Origin: Squalus acanthias
Taxonomy: Eukaryota
Reading direction: 5' to 3'
Assembly (NCBI GenBank): GCA_030390025.1
Contig: CM059432.1
Location: 98,148,001-98,212,000, forward strand
DNA: 64,000 bases
The position numbers were made by a program, and so were the translations under genes. The notes beneath the pieces were generated by a model. It saw nothing but the letters and a program-made list of their open reading frames with translations. It did no database searches and was not told where the DNA came from. Below are positions 13,003-25,060 of the stretch, piece by piece (positions within the stretch are counted from its first letter, which is position 1; every line of letters begins with the position of its first letter).

Positions 13003-13122
13003 CTTATCCTACATTACAACAGTGACTACATTTCAAAAAAGTATTTCATTGGCTGTAAAGAGCTTTGGGACGCCCTGAGGTCATGGAAGGTGCTATATAT
13101 GTGCAACTTATTTCTTTCTTCT
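13003..13122 (+). repeat. 3' tail of a Deu-domain/AmnSINE-like SINE
   Basis: CCTACATTACAACAGTGACTACA...CATTGGCTGTAAAG.GCTTTGGGAC...TGCTATATA, recognised from memory of this SINE tail. Confidence 0.6.
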
Positions 13123-13181
13123 TAGATTATTTTGGCTCTCATATTTTAAATCCTCTCTTGGGTGTGTCCCAACACCCCATA

Positions 13182-13545
13182 AAGGAAACTCTTTATTAAC
13201 CGGCACCCAAATATCCGGAAATCTCTCTTAACCGGCAAAATTCTTGAGTAGGTAACCGGGGTTTTCCTTCATCTCTCGTTTAAAATTAACTTTAAAAAAA
13301 ACCCCGAGGCGTTTGCCTTGTATCGAAGCGTGTAGATTGGGAGGGGAATGTGCAGCCCGGGTAGGCAGCGGACACGACAGATGGTCAGCTGGCGGTCCAC
13401 GGGGAGACGGAGCTCCGAATGCAGGCGCATGTCAATGTGTACGGGGCTCTCGTACGTTGGGAGATATAACTCTCCGTTATCCGGACTTTTTGATTAACCG
13501 GCACCACGCCGGTCCCGTCGGTGCCGGTTAATAAAGAGTTTCCTG
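13182..13545. mobile_element. Tc1/mariner-pogo (Tigger-like) MITE
   Basis: Perfect 25-bp TIR AGGAAACTCTTTATTAACCGGCACC at 13183-13207 and 13520-13544, TA on both flanks, internal repeats of TTAACCGGCA. Confidence 0.9.
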
Positions 13546-13716
13546 TATTTTGGAGGATGTCTACCCTTGCCTTGAGATCTAAGTAAGGTTTCGGTAATAT
13601 GCCTGGATAAACAAACAAGAAATCCTGAAATCCTATTTGGTAATAGCTTTTAATATCTTATGCCTACATAAGATCCCACTTCAGTCTTAAAGTGGCAGAG
13701 GCTCACATCCGACTTT

Positions 13717-13898
13717 GGGGATAAATTTCAATTTCGGTGAAGGCAATAAAATGACGGTAGCAGATCAGCTGCCCGTTACACACCGTGTCTGATTTTCCTT
13801 TCCATTGAAGTCAGTGGAAAGGAAATTGGGCGGAGTGTATTATGGGTAGCTGATTTGCTTACGACATTTTACTGCGCCTCCGAACATAAAAATTACCC
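13717..13898. mobile_element. Fold-back MITE, Harbinger-like ends
   Basis: GGGGATAAATTT...AAATTACCC ends. Imperfect palindrome centred on TTTCCTTTCCATTGAAGTCAGTGGAAAGGAAA. Confidence 0.65.
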
Positions 13899-14319
13899 TC
13901 TTATCTTTAAGTTTAAAAATACCAAACAAATGTATTAAACAATAAACAAGTAAATACTCTAATAGTGATATAATACAGTTATACAGTTACGGTCGGAAAT
14001 CTTTTATCTAACTTGAGTAGATAAAATCATTTTTTTTTAAATTATGATCTTAAACCTCCAGTCACCGTTTCTCACCTAAAACTTTCTGTTCCTCTGCAAC
14101 AACAGTTCCCCCAACATCGGTCCCAGTCCATCCTTAACACTGCAATTTACCCAAACACCAGCATGTGGCTTTCTAACTATACACAATGCATAGTCATCAA
14201 ATGCACACCAAACTCTGCACAACAAGAATTTTGAAAAAGAATGTAAGTTACAGTTCTCTTTACTCCTGCCATTAATTACTGTTCACCTTGGTGCAACACC
14301 TTAATGCTTGTCCTGAGTG

Positions 14320-15316
14320 CTCTTCTGCCTACTATAGTGCTTTTACGTGGTGCTGCTCAAGTGGCTTCAGTTTAGGATGTAGAAGGATGTAGAGGTCGGG
14401 CCTGAGAAAGTTAGCTGCTGCCGGAGAAGCCTGAGCAAAGCTGGCTTTGTGACAGCAGAACTGTCACTGGACGAGGGGGTGGTGGGGGAGCAGGCATGCT
14501 GTGATGCTGAGAGAGGACAGCTTGTGCCTCTCCCATGGTGCCACTGTCACTCGATCGGGGGGGAGAGAAGACTGCAAGACTGCTTTCATGTCTTCGAAGA
14601 TCCTACACATGCTGGAGGAAATGGAGGAGCTCAGAGTCTGCACGGCCTCTGTATCTGCATGCCAGAGAAATGCTACCACTGCTGCGAGAGACTCCTGGTT
14701 AGTGGTCCTAACTGCCGTCTATATAGAGGTCACCATATGCTCCATGTAGACTGTAGTGACTCCATGACATGCGTGAGTACCACACACAAGTTGGAAGTAG
14801 ACTTCTCGACACTCTCAAAATATGTTGCATAGCATTGCCAACCCCACCCCCAACAAGCCGACAACTACACCTGACCATTCCCGGTATGCAGATAGTACTC
14901 ACCTTTTGAACGCTGGGCCCTGAATATATTTTAACTTGTATTTCACTTGCCGTTAACCAGGAAGTAATGGCCTCAAAATGGGGTTGATCGCCTATTACCT
15001 CTGACGAACCAGCTGGTACCATTTTGAAAGGGGCCTACCACTGGGTGCCCAAATGCTTGGCTGTTTCAGGCCGTAGGCCCGCTTCAATATGCAAATTCAG
15101 GTCCCTGATTCCCATTTAAAGGTTGGAAATGTGCATGTCCGATCATTTCTAAGGCCGATAGAACCACAGATGCCGACCCAAGCAAGGTAAGCTTGAGAAG
15201 AAGCATGCCGGGCCCCCCAGAAAATAAGCTAGGCAACTGCTGCTCCGGGACCCCAGTCCATCATTGCGTGAGCTTACTTCACACCCGTTTTGGGCGTGAG
15301 TTAAAAGTTTCACCCC
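14320..15316 (-). mobile_element. Decayed Harbinger remnant
   Basis: TIR-like AAAGTTTCACCCC at ~15304-15316. Minus-strand fragments resemble Myb exon 3 of other copies. Confidence 0.5.
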
Positions 15317-18300
15317 GAAATCTCTTTTTATATCCTGCAAAAGAATTATCGGGACATCCTGGTTTTTGAATAACTAGCCACTCCACTTCAATTCAGTCAA
15401 ATACAACGTGAACCAATTCTGAAGCCTGTATATATTAAGTAAATCATGTGTTATACTATCTCTCAGCAGCCTGTTGCTGGTGCAGCAAAAATAGCAAACT
15501 TCACTTCATGGTATTTCGATGGGCTTTAGTTGGATGCTTATCACCCTTATTTGGAATTTTGCGCCATTTCTCTTGGGTTTCTGACGACCTTCACTGAAGT
15601 TACATTGGAAGATCAGGGAACCCCGTAGAAGTTCTTTTGCACAATGACTGACAACTACCAAAACAACATCAGACAAAAATACCTCATTTAAAAAGCAGAT
15701 GGGCCATTTAAGTAATACGTTGGAATGAGATAATGCAGAGTATCAGGAGAAGCCAGATCTATTACATAAGGGCTGATTCTTCACATCAGTACTCACAAAT
15801 GTGGTCAAATTTCAGTTCCAGCCATTTTGGCTCAGGAACCTACAACAACAACAACTTGCATTTGTACAGCAAATATATAAACATTGGTAAAATTGAGGAA
15901 CATCAAAAATTGAGGAAAAAAAAGCACAGAAATATTCCGCCTTCCCAAAGCCCAAAGTTCAAGTCCAATATCACATCTGCTCCAAATAATTTGGTCCCCC
16001 TTTAAAAACAGACATCCTGTCAACCCCAAATGTGCCTGACCCTGGCTGCCAGTTTCACATGCATGCTCTAAGCACACAGTAAGTTCCACATGATGAACTT
16101 AGGGAAATCATGCTCCTGCGCTGATTTGCATCTCATTAACATATTTGAATATTAAATTGAAGCTCTTGTGCACTTTAGGTTGGTCAAAAAGGCCAGCTGG
16201 AAGATCATTCACAGCGCACAACAGATTGAGATCTGGCAAGAGAGATCTCTGCTCAATTACCCATCCCCTGATCGGCCGTTCCACTATAGCATCACTGGTC
16301 ATGACAACTGCAGAGTTGGCCCGAATATTTTTATGTATTAGCTTGATATAAACCATTGATATTAAACTTATATTGTTTGCAGTAAGAATTTCTGCAAATA
16401 TGTTACTTTCTTAAAATGTATTTGTTCAGTAATCTGCTTACTTGTGTCACTCCAGCCAATAGATCATTGTGAAAGCAATACTACAGCTTTAATTTGCAGA
16501 CTGCTTTATGGTTTATCATCAACCCTTTGGTTTCTGGTGATGTACCTAAATTGGTCTCACATTAACTGCGAATATCATCACATTGTACATCTGACCTCGG
16601 TGACAAGTCAGAATTTCATACGATCACACTGCAGATACAAATCTCATATCACACTTCAGGTGATGTAAAGTCTGGGTACTAGACATCTCCAGCCAAATGT
16701 CAGGAATGCTTCAATCACACAGTGGGCAGTCATCACCCACTATGAAGCATAACTTGCAATGCATGAGATACCAAATGACCTTTCTCTGCTTGCAGCCTTA
16801 GAATAGTTATATAACTAATATTTTTCCTCAAAAGTATATTTTGTGACATAAAGAACGCATAATCCCTGATGATTTTATCAGTTTAATCTTCTTTGGACTG
16901 ATGAAAGGCTTATCTTTCTAAAAAGTTTTTTTTTGCAACAATGTAATTTGCCAAGTTAGTTGAAGAATTATGACAGGCTGTAGAAGCCCACGTGCAAATG
17001 GCAGCTGATGCATATTATTCACTAATACCTTTATGCAAATATAGATCTGGAAATGCTAAAGTATTCACTCTGGTTTTCTAACTTCCGCTACCGAGATAGT
17101 TGACATTTAAGTCGACTCTGGTTAGCAAGATATACACTGTTGTATGACCTTCTGTTGTCTCTGCGAAAATGTTCTGCACACTGCTACATACTTGCAAAAG
17201 AAGATAGCCTTCAACCAGTCCAAACTGATGGTGGCACACAGCATCTGAAACCCTGCAGCCATAGCATGGATAATATAATTGAAATTATAAACTGGGGGGT
17301 TGTACAGGACAGGCGGAAGGCTGTGCAATATGTTCATTATGTGAATTATTTTGACTTCCAACAGCTTAAAAGCTTTGCTGGCGCTCTTCCATGAAACATA
17401 GCATGTAATGTCAGTGCAATAGTAATATGCTCAGTAATGCCCACATGCTCATCCTTTGACATTGATTGTTCTTATTGGAAGGGCCAGAAGCCTATGGAAT
17501 GAACCTGATCCCTCTGCAGGGGCACAATCAATCCAGCACTATGTGCCCCTCACATCACTTAAAGCAGACACCAGCATAGTAACAAATACCCCAGAGTAAC
17601 TTAGTGAGGAGGGAATAAAGGGAGAGTCACTGGGTTATGGGTAAGGAAGGAGCACAGGTGGTGTATGAAAAAGAGCTGACAGGTGTCGGGTAGAAGTCCA
17701 GCATGGATATGAACTCTGCTGAGTTGCTTTGTCATTCTAACCTCCTGAGGCTCAATTTTTTTTGGACCAAGTTTTTTGGGGGTGAGAAGTGTGATGTGTA
17801 AATAAACCCCTCCTTTTGAGAGGCCTGATTTTTGTATTAAAACACTTTCTGAAATCGTCATGAGCTGAAAGTGATGAATAACTCTTTTTAGGAGATGATG
17901 AAAACTTGTCTGGATGCAATGTGGATTTGGCCACTCAATTGGGCAATGATGTGCAGTATGAGTGATCCGTACTGTAGATTCCAAATCAGCAGCATATGCA
18001 GAAGAGGCATAAGGCATGTTGGTAGCAGCAAGGCCTGAAGATCACACTATGCCCTTGAACCTTCTAAGCTAGAATCTCCTCCTGTTCTTGCTGTTTCGCT
18101 TCCAAAATATCTAGCAAAGACTTGTGACTGCACCCATCCGATAGGATTCATTATATCTCCTGCTCTGCTACCCATTGAAGCTCTGTTTGCTCCCTTCAGT
18201 GTTTTAACACAAATTTTATATTGGAAAAAAATTAGGTAAGTTTATGTGAATGTTTCCCATTAATTACTGCTTCACAAATAAGAAATGCATTAATGTCAAA

Positions 18301-18555
18301 TCTGTGCATTGGAAAAATTTACTCACAGGAGCAAACTCAGGAACCTGCGCTAAATTCATCACCTGCTCTGTTAATGTTAACACAGAAAATGGCAATTCCT
18401 TAATATGTATAATAATTTAACCACCAATATAGCTATCGCATTGGGAGATCTTGTGGATGTCAATAACTACAGAGCCACCATCAATAATACAGCAAATAAA
18501 AAAGGATGAGCGTGTGGATTTATGTCTGGTGTTTCCATGTAAACAAAAAGACAAT

Positions 18556-19312
18556 GGCCCAGAATTTGTTGGAGCGGGGCATCTCATAGTGAACCCTGTA
18601 GTTAGACTTACTCCAGCATCCTCCAGCTCAAAAATATTTTGCCCACAAGGTTGCTGGAAGTGTGAGCTGATAACGATGCAATGAGGTCAAAAAGGCATCT
18701 GGGACCTTGGTGAACCATGGAACAAACAGTCTATCTCCTTAACCAATGAGATTTAGGATTTAGAAATAAACAGAGGAAGGACTGAGAAGGATGGTGAATT
18801 AGAGTGGGTGAATTCAATGCAAATCAGGTACAGAATGAGAAATAGAGAGGGAAAAAATTGGACTAAAAGAGAGTGAAAAAAGAGACAGAAAGGAAAAGTA
18901 AGAAATGTTACTTTTTTAAAAATATTGACACGTTAAAAATCTTCAACAACAATTCACTACCTGAAGGAATGAGACTCCACACTTTTAATTGTTCTTTTTT
19001 TCTGGGCAAGAGAGGTGATTAGCAGTCAATAGCAATTATCATGACATTAAAAGGGTATTTAAGCTATTAATTACTAGACTTAACTTTCTGTGGTGAGTAT
19101 AATGGGCAATTAATGTGCAAATGCAGCAATTTCATGAAAATCACGGGGAGGTTAAGGGCACAACGCCGTTTTTGTGAAGCTAACCGCATAAAAAATCGGC
19201 CAGCAACTTATGGTGATTTGCAATTCACGGGGTATCTCTTCCTCTCCACAAGTTGCTGGCCGATTTGCACATTAATAATGACATGAATAATTTTTTCAGA
19301 AAATTCTGGAGC
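18556..19312. mobile_element. Non-autonomous DNA transposon with Harbinger-like TIRs
   Basis: Imperfect TIRs GGCCCAGAATTT...AAATTCTGGAGC and no coding capacity. Confidence 0.45.
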
Positions 19313-21431
19313 ATAGATGTGGAATATCTGTGAACAGTGTAGTTTATGGTTGCAGCACAATACTACACATATAAGTGGGTGAGTCCATGCTCGTATATTC
19401 CTACTAGGGAACCATGCTCACAGGTAGCAAGGGTTGGAGAATAAGGGCTACATTGTGTAGCTACCTTCTGGGAGTGCAGGATCACAGAGTCACCCTTATA
19501 ACAAATGAATCACACCCCCAAAACTAGCTAACATCCTTAGGGTAAGGGACAATTAAAACCACTTCACCAATTAATCATTTCTCTGCATTAAAGACCACTG
19601 TTTATGCAGGCAGCAGATCAGAATTACATTTAAAATAGTATCTGAGGTTACGAGAAAAAAGTTGGTTCCAGATAAACCCTACTTGGTCCATAGTTATAAG
19701 GCCAGGGAAAACCTTGTCCAACCAACTGCTATCACTTCAACTAATACATTGCATTTGAGGATGAGTAAGTAGGGTAGCTCTGCATATAGCACAGATGAAT
19801 CAAATTGTTCTTTCCCGATAAAATACAAAAATTAAATGATTCCTAGTGTCCCCAGTACTTTAACTAACCAGCAAGATCAAGCAAAGACTTGACACAGAGG
19901 ATGGTGAGAGTATTTAACTAAATTTACAGTAAAACAATGGCGCAAATATATGTACCAGTATGTGGTTTAAAAAAGAATTTAACGTGATACAGAACCAGTT
20001 TATATCCCTGAGGGGCAAGAGCTCTACTTGCCAAAAAAGATGGACAACTACGAAGGTAATGGACAGCATAAAACAAAAGGAAAGAGCATGCAAAAATGCA
20101 AAAAATAGCACGGATCCTGACGAATGGGAAAGATACAAAGAACAGCAAAGGGTCACAAAACAGATAGTAAGAGCTACAAAAAGGAAGTATGAAAAGAAAC
20201 TTGCAAGGGATATCAAAATCAATATGAAGAACTTTTATAGTTACATTAGGAGAAAGAGGGCAGTCAGGAGCAATGTTGGCCCCTTAAAAACTGAAAGTGG
20301 TGATATTGTCAATGACAATGGGGAAATGGTGGGCATGTTGAACAATTACTTTGCATCAATATTTACAGTAGAAGAAGAGGATAGCATGCGGGAAATCCCA
20401 AGGAAACTAATATTGAATTGGGGAAAGGGTCTCAATAAAATTAACGTAGGTAAAATAAAAGTAATAAAGAAAATAATGGCAGTAAAGAGTGACAAATCCC
20501 CAGGGCCAGATGGTTTCCATCCCAGGGTTTTAAAGGAAGTAGGTGAGCACATTGCAGATGCCCTAACTATAATCTTCCAAAGTTCTCTCGATTCAGGAAC
20601 TGTCCCTTTAGATTGGAAAATTGCGCATGTCACTCCGTATTTAAGAATGGCGAGAGAGGGAAACCAGGGAATTATAGACCAGTTAGCCTAACATCTGTAG
20701 TCAGGAAATTACTAGAGTCTATAATTAAGGATAGGGTGACTGAACACCTCAAAAATTTTCAGTTGATCAGAGAGAGCCAGCATGGATTTGTGAAAGGTAG
20801 GTCATGCCTGACAAATCTGATTGAATTTTTTGAAGAGGTGACTAAAGTAGTGGACAGGAGAATGTCTATGGATGTTATTTATATGGACTTCCTGAAGGCA
20901 TTTGATAAAGTCCCACATAAGAGACTGTTATCTAAGGTCGAAGTCCACGGAGTTGAGGGCAAATTATTGACCTGGTTAGGAAATTGGCTGAGCGGCAGGA
21001 GACAGAGAGTAGGGATAATGGGCTTGTACTCAAATTGTCAGGATGAGACTAGTGGTGTCCCGCAGGAATCTGTGTTGGGGCCTCAACTATTCACAATATT
21101 TATTAATGACTTAGATGATGGCATAGAAAGTCATATATACAAATTTGCCGATGACACAAAGATAGGCGGCATTGTAGGTAGTGTAGATGAAAGCATAAAA
21201 TTACGAAGGGATATTGATAGATTAAGTGAATGGGCAAAACTGTGGCAAATGGATTTCAATGTAAGCAAATGTGAGGTCATCCACTTTGGACCTAAAACGA
21301 ATAGAACAGGGTACTTTCTAAATGGTAAAAAGCTAAAAACAGTGGATGTCCAAAGAGACTTGGGGGTTCAGGTACATAGATCATTAAGATGTCATGAACA
21401 GGTACAGAAAATAATCAAAAAGGCTAATGGA

Positions 21432-21943
21432 ATGGGTCACCACACTATAGGAGGGATGTGATTGCATTGGAGAGGGTGCAGAGGAGATTCACCAGGATGT
21501 TACCTGGGCTGGAGCGCTTCAGCTATGAAGAGAGACTGGACAGGCTGGGGTTGTTTTCCTTAGAGCAGAGAAGGCTGAGGGGGGACCTGATTGAGGTGCA
21601 CAAAATTATGAGGGGCATAGATAGGGTAGATAGAAAGGAACTTTTCCCCTTAGTAGAGGGGTCAATAACCAGGGGGCATAGTTTCAAGGTAAGGGGCAGA
21701 AGGTTTAGAGGGGATTTGAGGAAAAACTTTTTCACCCAGAGGGTGGTTGGAATCTGGAACTCACTGCCTGAAAGGGTGGTAGAGGCAGGAACCCTCACAA
21801 CATTCAAGAAGCATTTAGATGAGCACCATAGCATACAAGGCTACGGACCAAGTGCTGGAAAATGGGATTAGAATATACAGGGCTTGATGGCCGGCGCGGA
21901 CACGATGGGCCTAAGGGCCTCTTTCTGTGCTGTATAACTCTAT
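21432..21943 (+). mobile_element. Second CR1 3' end nested in the first
   Basis: ORF 21458-21871 (LERVQRRFTRMLPGL) is followed by a 3' UTR and CTCTAT tail that resumes at 22836-22846 after the MITE. Confidence 0.85.
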
Positions 21944-22835
21944 GGAGGAAAAATTCAGTATCGCCCCTGTTTGGGGCGCCATTATCAGCCGTGCGCAAAG
22001 TTTAGCGCCTGGCGCTAATTATCGCCTCCAACTGCAAACTTGACTTTTATCGCCCCTGGAGGTGATTGGAGCGCTAAATCAGGCGCTACACACCTGTCTT
22101 AAGGCGCAAAGGCCGAGGAGCGAGGTGCTACCTCAGAGCGCTGGTGAAGCTCATGTGATGTCAGTCAGCAATGGAACACAGACACAATGGCACCGGCCAG
22201 TTCTTAAAAGGGAGGGTTGATCTTGCTCTCCATCCACATCCTACTCATTGCAGCCTTGAATCTCGGCCTGGAGAGACCTGTACATCAAATCTGCTGGAAA
22301 GAACAATGGAGAGCCCAGGGAAAGAGCTCAGACTGCAGCCCCCATTTTCTCTTCTAAATCGATGCAAGGAAGATCAAACCAGAAAGAACCTGCAAAATGC
22401 TGCTCAGTACCCAAAACTCCTCAACACAGCTTTGAATATCTCCTGCAGTCTTTCTCTCTCACTCAGAATGCGTGGTGCAAAAATTTCGGCGACAAAAAAA
22501 GGCAGGAAGCTGTCGCCTTTAAATAGTGCTCCCCCAGTCCCATCCTGACTGCAAAACGCTCCCCTCAACCTGTCGTTGCTAGCGGCAGGTGTTAAGACAG
22601 GGGGCGCCACTCAATATCCGGTCCGGGGCGCTACCAGGGCGTTGCACTCTCGAATGACGTCACAATCGGCCGGCGCAGGAGATCGTGGCGGTAGTGTTTA
22701 GCGCCGCTGCAAAATGTCTAGTTAATTTCGTGAGCGGCGCAAACATCGCCGTGCACGGGCGCTAGTTGCTTTGCGCCCCATTAGCGCCCTCTTAAGGCAC
22801 TAATGGGAGGCGCAATCCAACTGAATTTTTCCCCC
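21944..22835 (+). mobile_element. 892-bp non-autonomous Harbinger derivative
   Basis: GGAGGAAAAATT...AATTTTTCCCCC with flanks TAT/TGT. Both ends are highly similar to 59040-63348. Confidence 0.92.
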
Positions 22836-23564
22836 TGTGTCTCTATCTGGAGGACTAGAGTACAAGGGGGTAGAAGTTATGTTGCAGCTATACAAAATCT
22901 TGGTTAGACCACACCTGGAATACTGTGAGCAGTTCTGCGCACCACACCTTAGGAAGGATATATTGGCTTTGGAGGGAGTGCAGCGTAGGTTTACCAGAAT
23001 GATACCCGGACTTCAAGGTTTAAGTTACAAGGAGAAATTACACAAATTAGGATTGTATTCCTTCGAATTTAAACGGTTAAGGGGTGATCTGATCGAAGAT
23101 TTCAGGATATTAAGGGGAGCAGATAGGGTAGATATAGAGAAACTATTACCGTTGGTTGGGGATTCTAGGACTAGGGGGCATAGTCTAAAAATTAGAGCCA
23201 GACCTTTCAGGAGTGAAATTAGCAAAACACTTCTACACACAAAGGGGGGTAGAAGTTTGGAACTCTCTTCCGCAACAGCAATTGATGCTAGATCAATTGT
23301 TAATTTTAAATCGGAGATTGATAGCTTTTTGTTAATCAAAGGTATTAAGGGATATGGCCCAAAGGCAGGTACATGGAGTTATGTCACAGATCAGCCACGA
23401 TCTCATCAAATGGCAGAACCGGCTCGAGGGGCTGAATGACCTACTCCTGTTCCTATGGATTGCCCGAGATGGATTTGTCCAGTGGAGCCTGCATCATACC
23501 TGTAAAGGTACACAGATCATGTTACATTATGTTCTGTTATGTACTTAGGATGAAAGAATCATAA

Positions 23565-24587
23565 GGCTAAAAATTCGATTACTTACCACTACCAGTTACC
23601 GGCAGGTTCGTAAAACAAAATGGAGGCCGCCTCACTTGCACTTGCCTTTGGCGCGAGAATTGGCGGCTGCCATCTTGCTGAGGGTTATAGCGCTTCCCAT
23701 TAGCAGCGCTGGCCCTAGACATCCAAATCTGGAGAGCACAATGTTAGTCATCGTGCAACGATGACTTGACGCCACGCACTGCGAACTTGGACCTTTGCAT
23801 TGAGTTTAGCATTGGGTCCTACGCTTGCTCTGAAAAACATATCTTTCAGGTAAGTTGACATTTAAGCTTTTGGACTGGTTGTTTTAAAATTAATTGAAGT
23901 AGTGGCTTGGTGCAATAGATGTTAAAAGTTTTTAAAGTGTGCAGGGAGTGCTGCTGGATGCTTGCATGGCTTCAGATGGTAAAGGAAGGCCTATGAGAAG
24001 ACAGAAAATGCTGGAAATACTCAACAGGTCAGACATCAACCGTGGAGAGAGAAACCGAGTTCATGTTCAAGGTTGAGATGCTGCCTGACCTGCTGAGTAT
24101 TTCTAGCATTTTCTGCTTTTATTTCAGATTTACAGCATCCGCTCACAGAGGGAAGAGGAAGACGCAGATGAGGAAGATGCAGACGAGGAAGATGCAGATG
24201 AGGAGGAAGCAGAAGAGGAGAAAGGAGAAGGAAGGTAGTAACCTAGACAGCCCTTTTCTGGCCAACATATCCGGGATGGAATCACCTGCCTGCGGTACCA
24301 GTGACCGCAACCCCAATTCCCCTTTCAACATTTGACCCACACCTTACCTTCCATCTGTTACTAACCATCACAGCATCCTCTTAGCCACAATGCTGAAGTA
24401 ACAGCTACCACAAAGCAAACTTTCCAATCCAACTTTATACATCTACCCATCCAATATGACATCAAGAAATCAACTCATCACCCTTATGCATTCCCTTAGT
24501 GACTGTCTTGTGTGCCTTTGCCTATCTTACTGATGTCATGCAGTGCTACCCCAGTGGCTGCAGCATGGCTGGTGGAAGGCTGCTGAA
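23565..24587. mobile_element. Decayed Harbinger remnant containing a short Penelope-like inverted piece (~24001-24140)
   Basis: GGCTAAAAATT start and an acidic transposase-tail remnant at 24145-24300. The inverted pair CAGAAAATGCTGGAAATACTCA...TGAGTATTTCTAGCATTTTCTG is recognised from memory as Penelope-like. Confidence 0.5.
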
Positions 24588-25060
24588 GAAGTTACAAGAT
24601 TGGAAACAGGCCATTCAGCCCAACCAGTATTAATCTCCTGTGATCACACTGTTCCTATTCCTTATTCCCTTCTCCTCCATCCACCTAGCTAATCTAATCT
24701 TGAATGTTAACATAGTTTCTGCCTCAACCACTAACCCTGGAAATTAACATCACATTCTCAAACTGTCTGTGTAAAATAGTTTCTCTTCCTCTCTGTTCTA
24801 AATCTCCTACATTTAATCTTCTATCTATAGCCACTTGTTCTAAATCCCCTCAACTATTGCAAACAGTCTGCTTTTCTCTATCCTGTCCTACCCTTTCATA
24901 ATTTTAAACAATTCTATCATGTTGCCCTGTATTGTTCTATGTACTTACATAGAAACATAGAATCTAGGAGCAGGAGTAGGCCATTCGGCCCGTCGAGCCT
25001 GCTCCGCCATTCAATACGATCATGGCTGATCATCCAAATCCAGTACCCTGTCCCTGCTTT
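24588..25060 (-). mobile_element. Two short CR1 3'-end fragments
   Basis: AGGCCATTC(A/G)GCCC 3'-UTR motif and CATAGAAA tail units. Confidence 0.7.

Larger units (their letters stand above)
19915..23458 (+). mobile_element. 5'-truncated CR1 LINE, frameshifted ORF2, interrupted at ~21432-22846
   Basis: ORFs 19960-20691 (KSPGPDG), 20613-21461 (NYRPVSLTS, FADDTK) and 22837-23439 (RPHLEYC) are consecutive parts of a CR1 ORF2. Confidence 0.92.

Noticed and set aside
17122..18017. ORFs of 60-138 aa in unique-looking sequence
   Set aside because: No recognisable domain or consistent splice signals.
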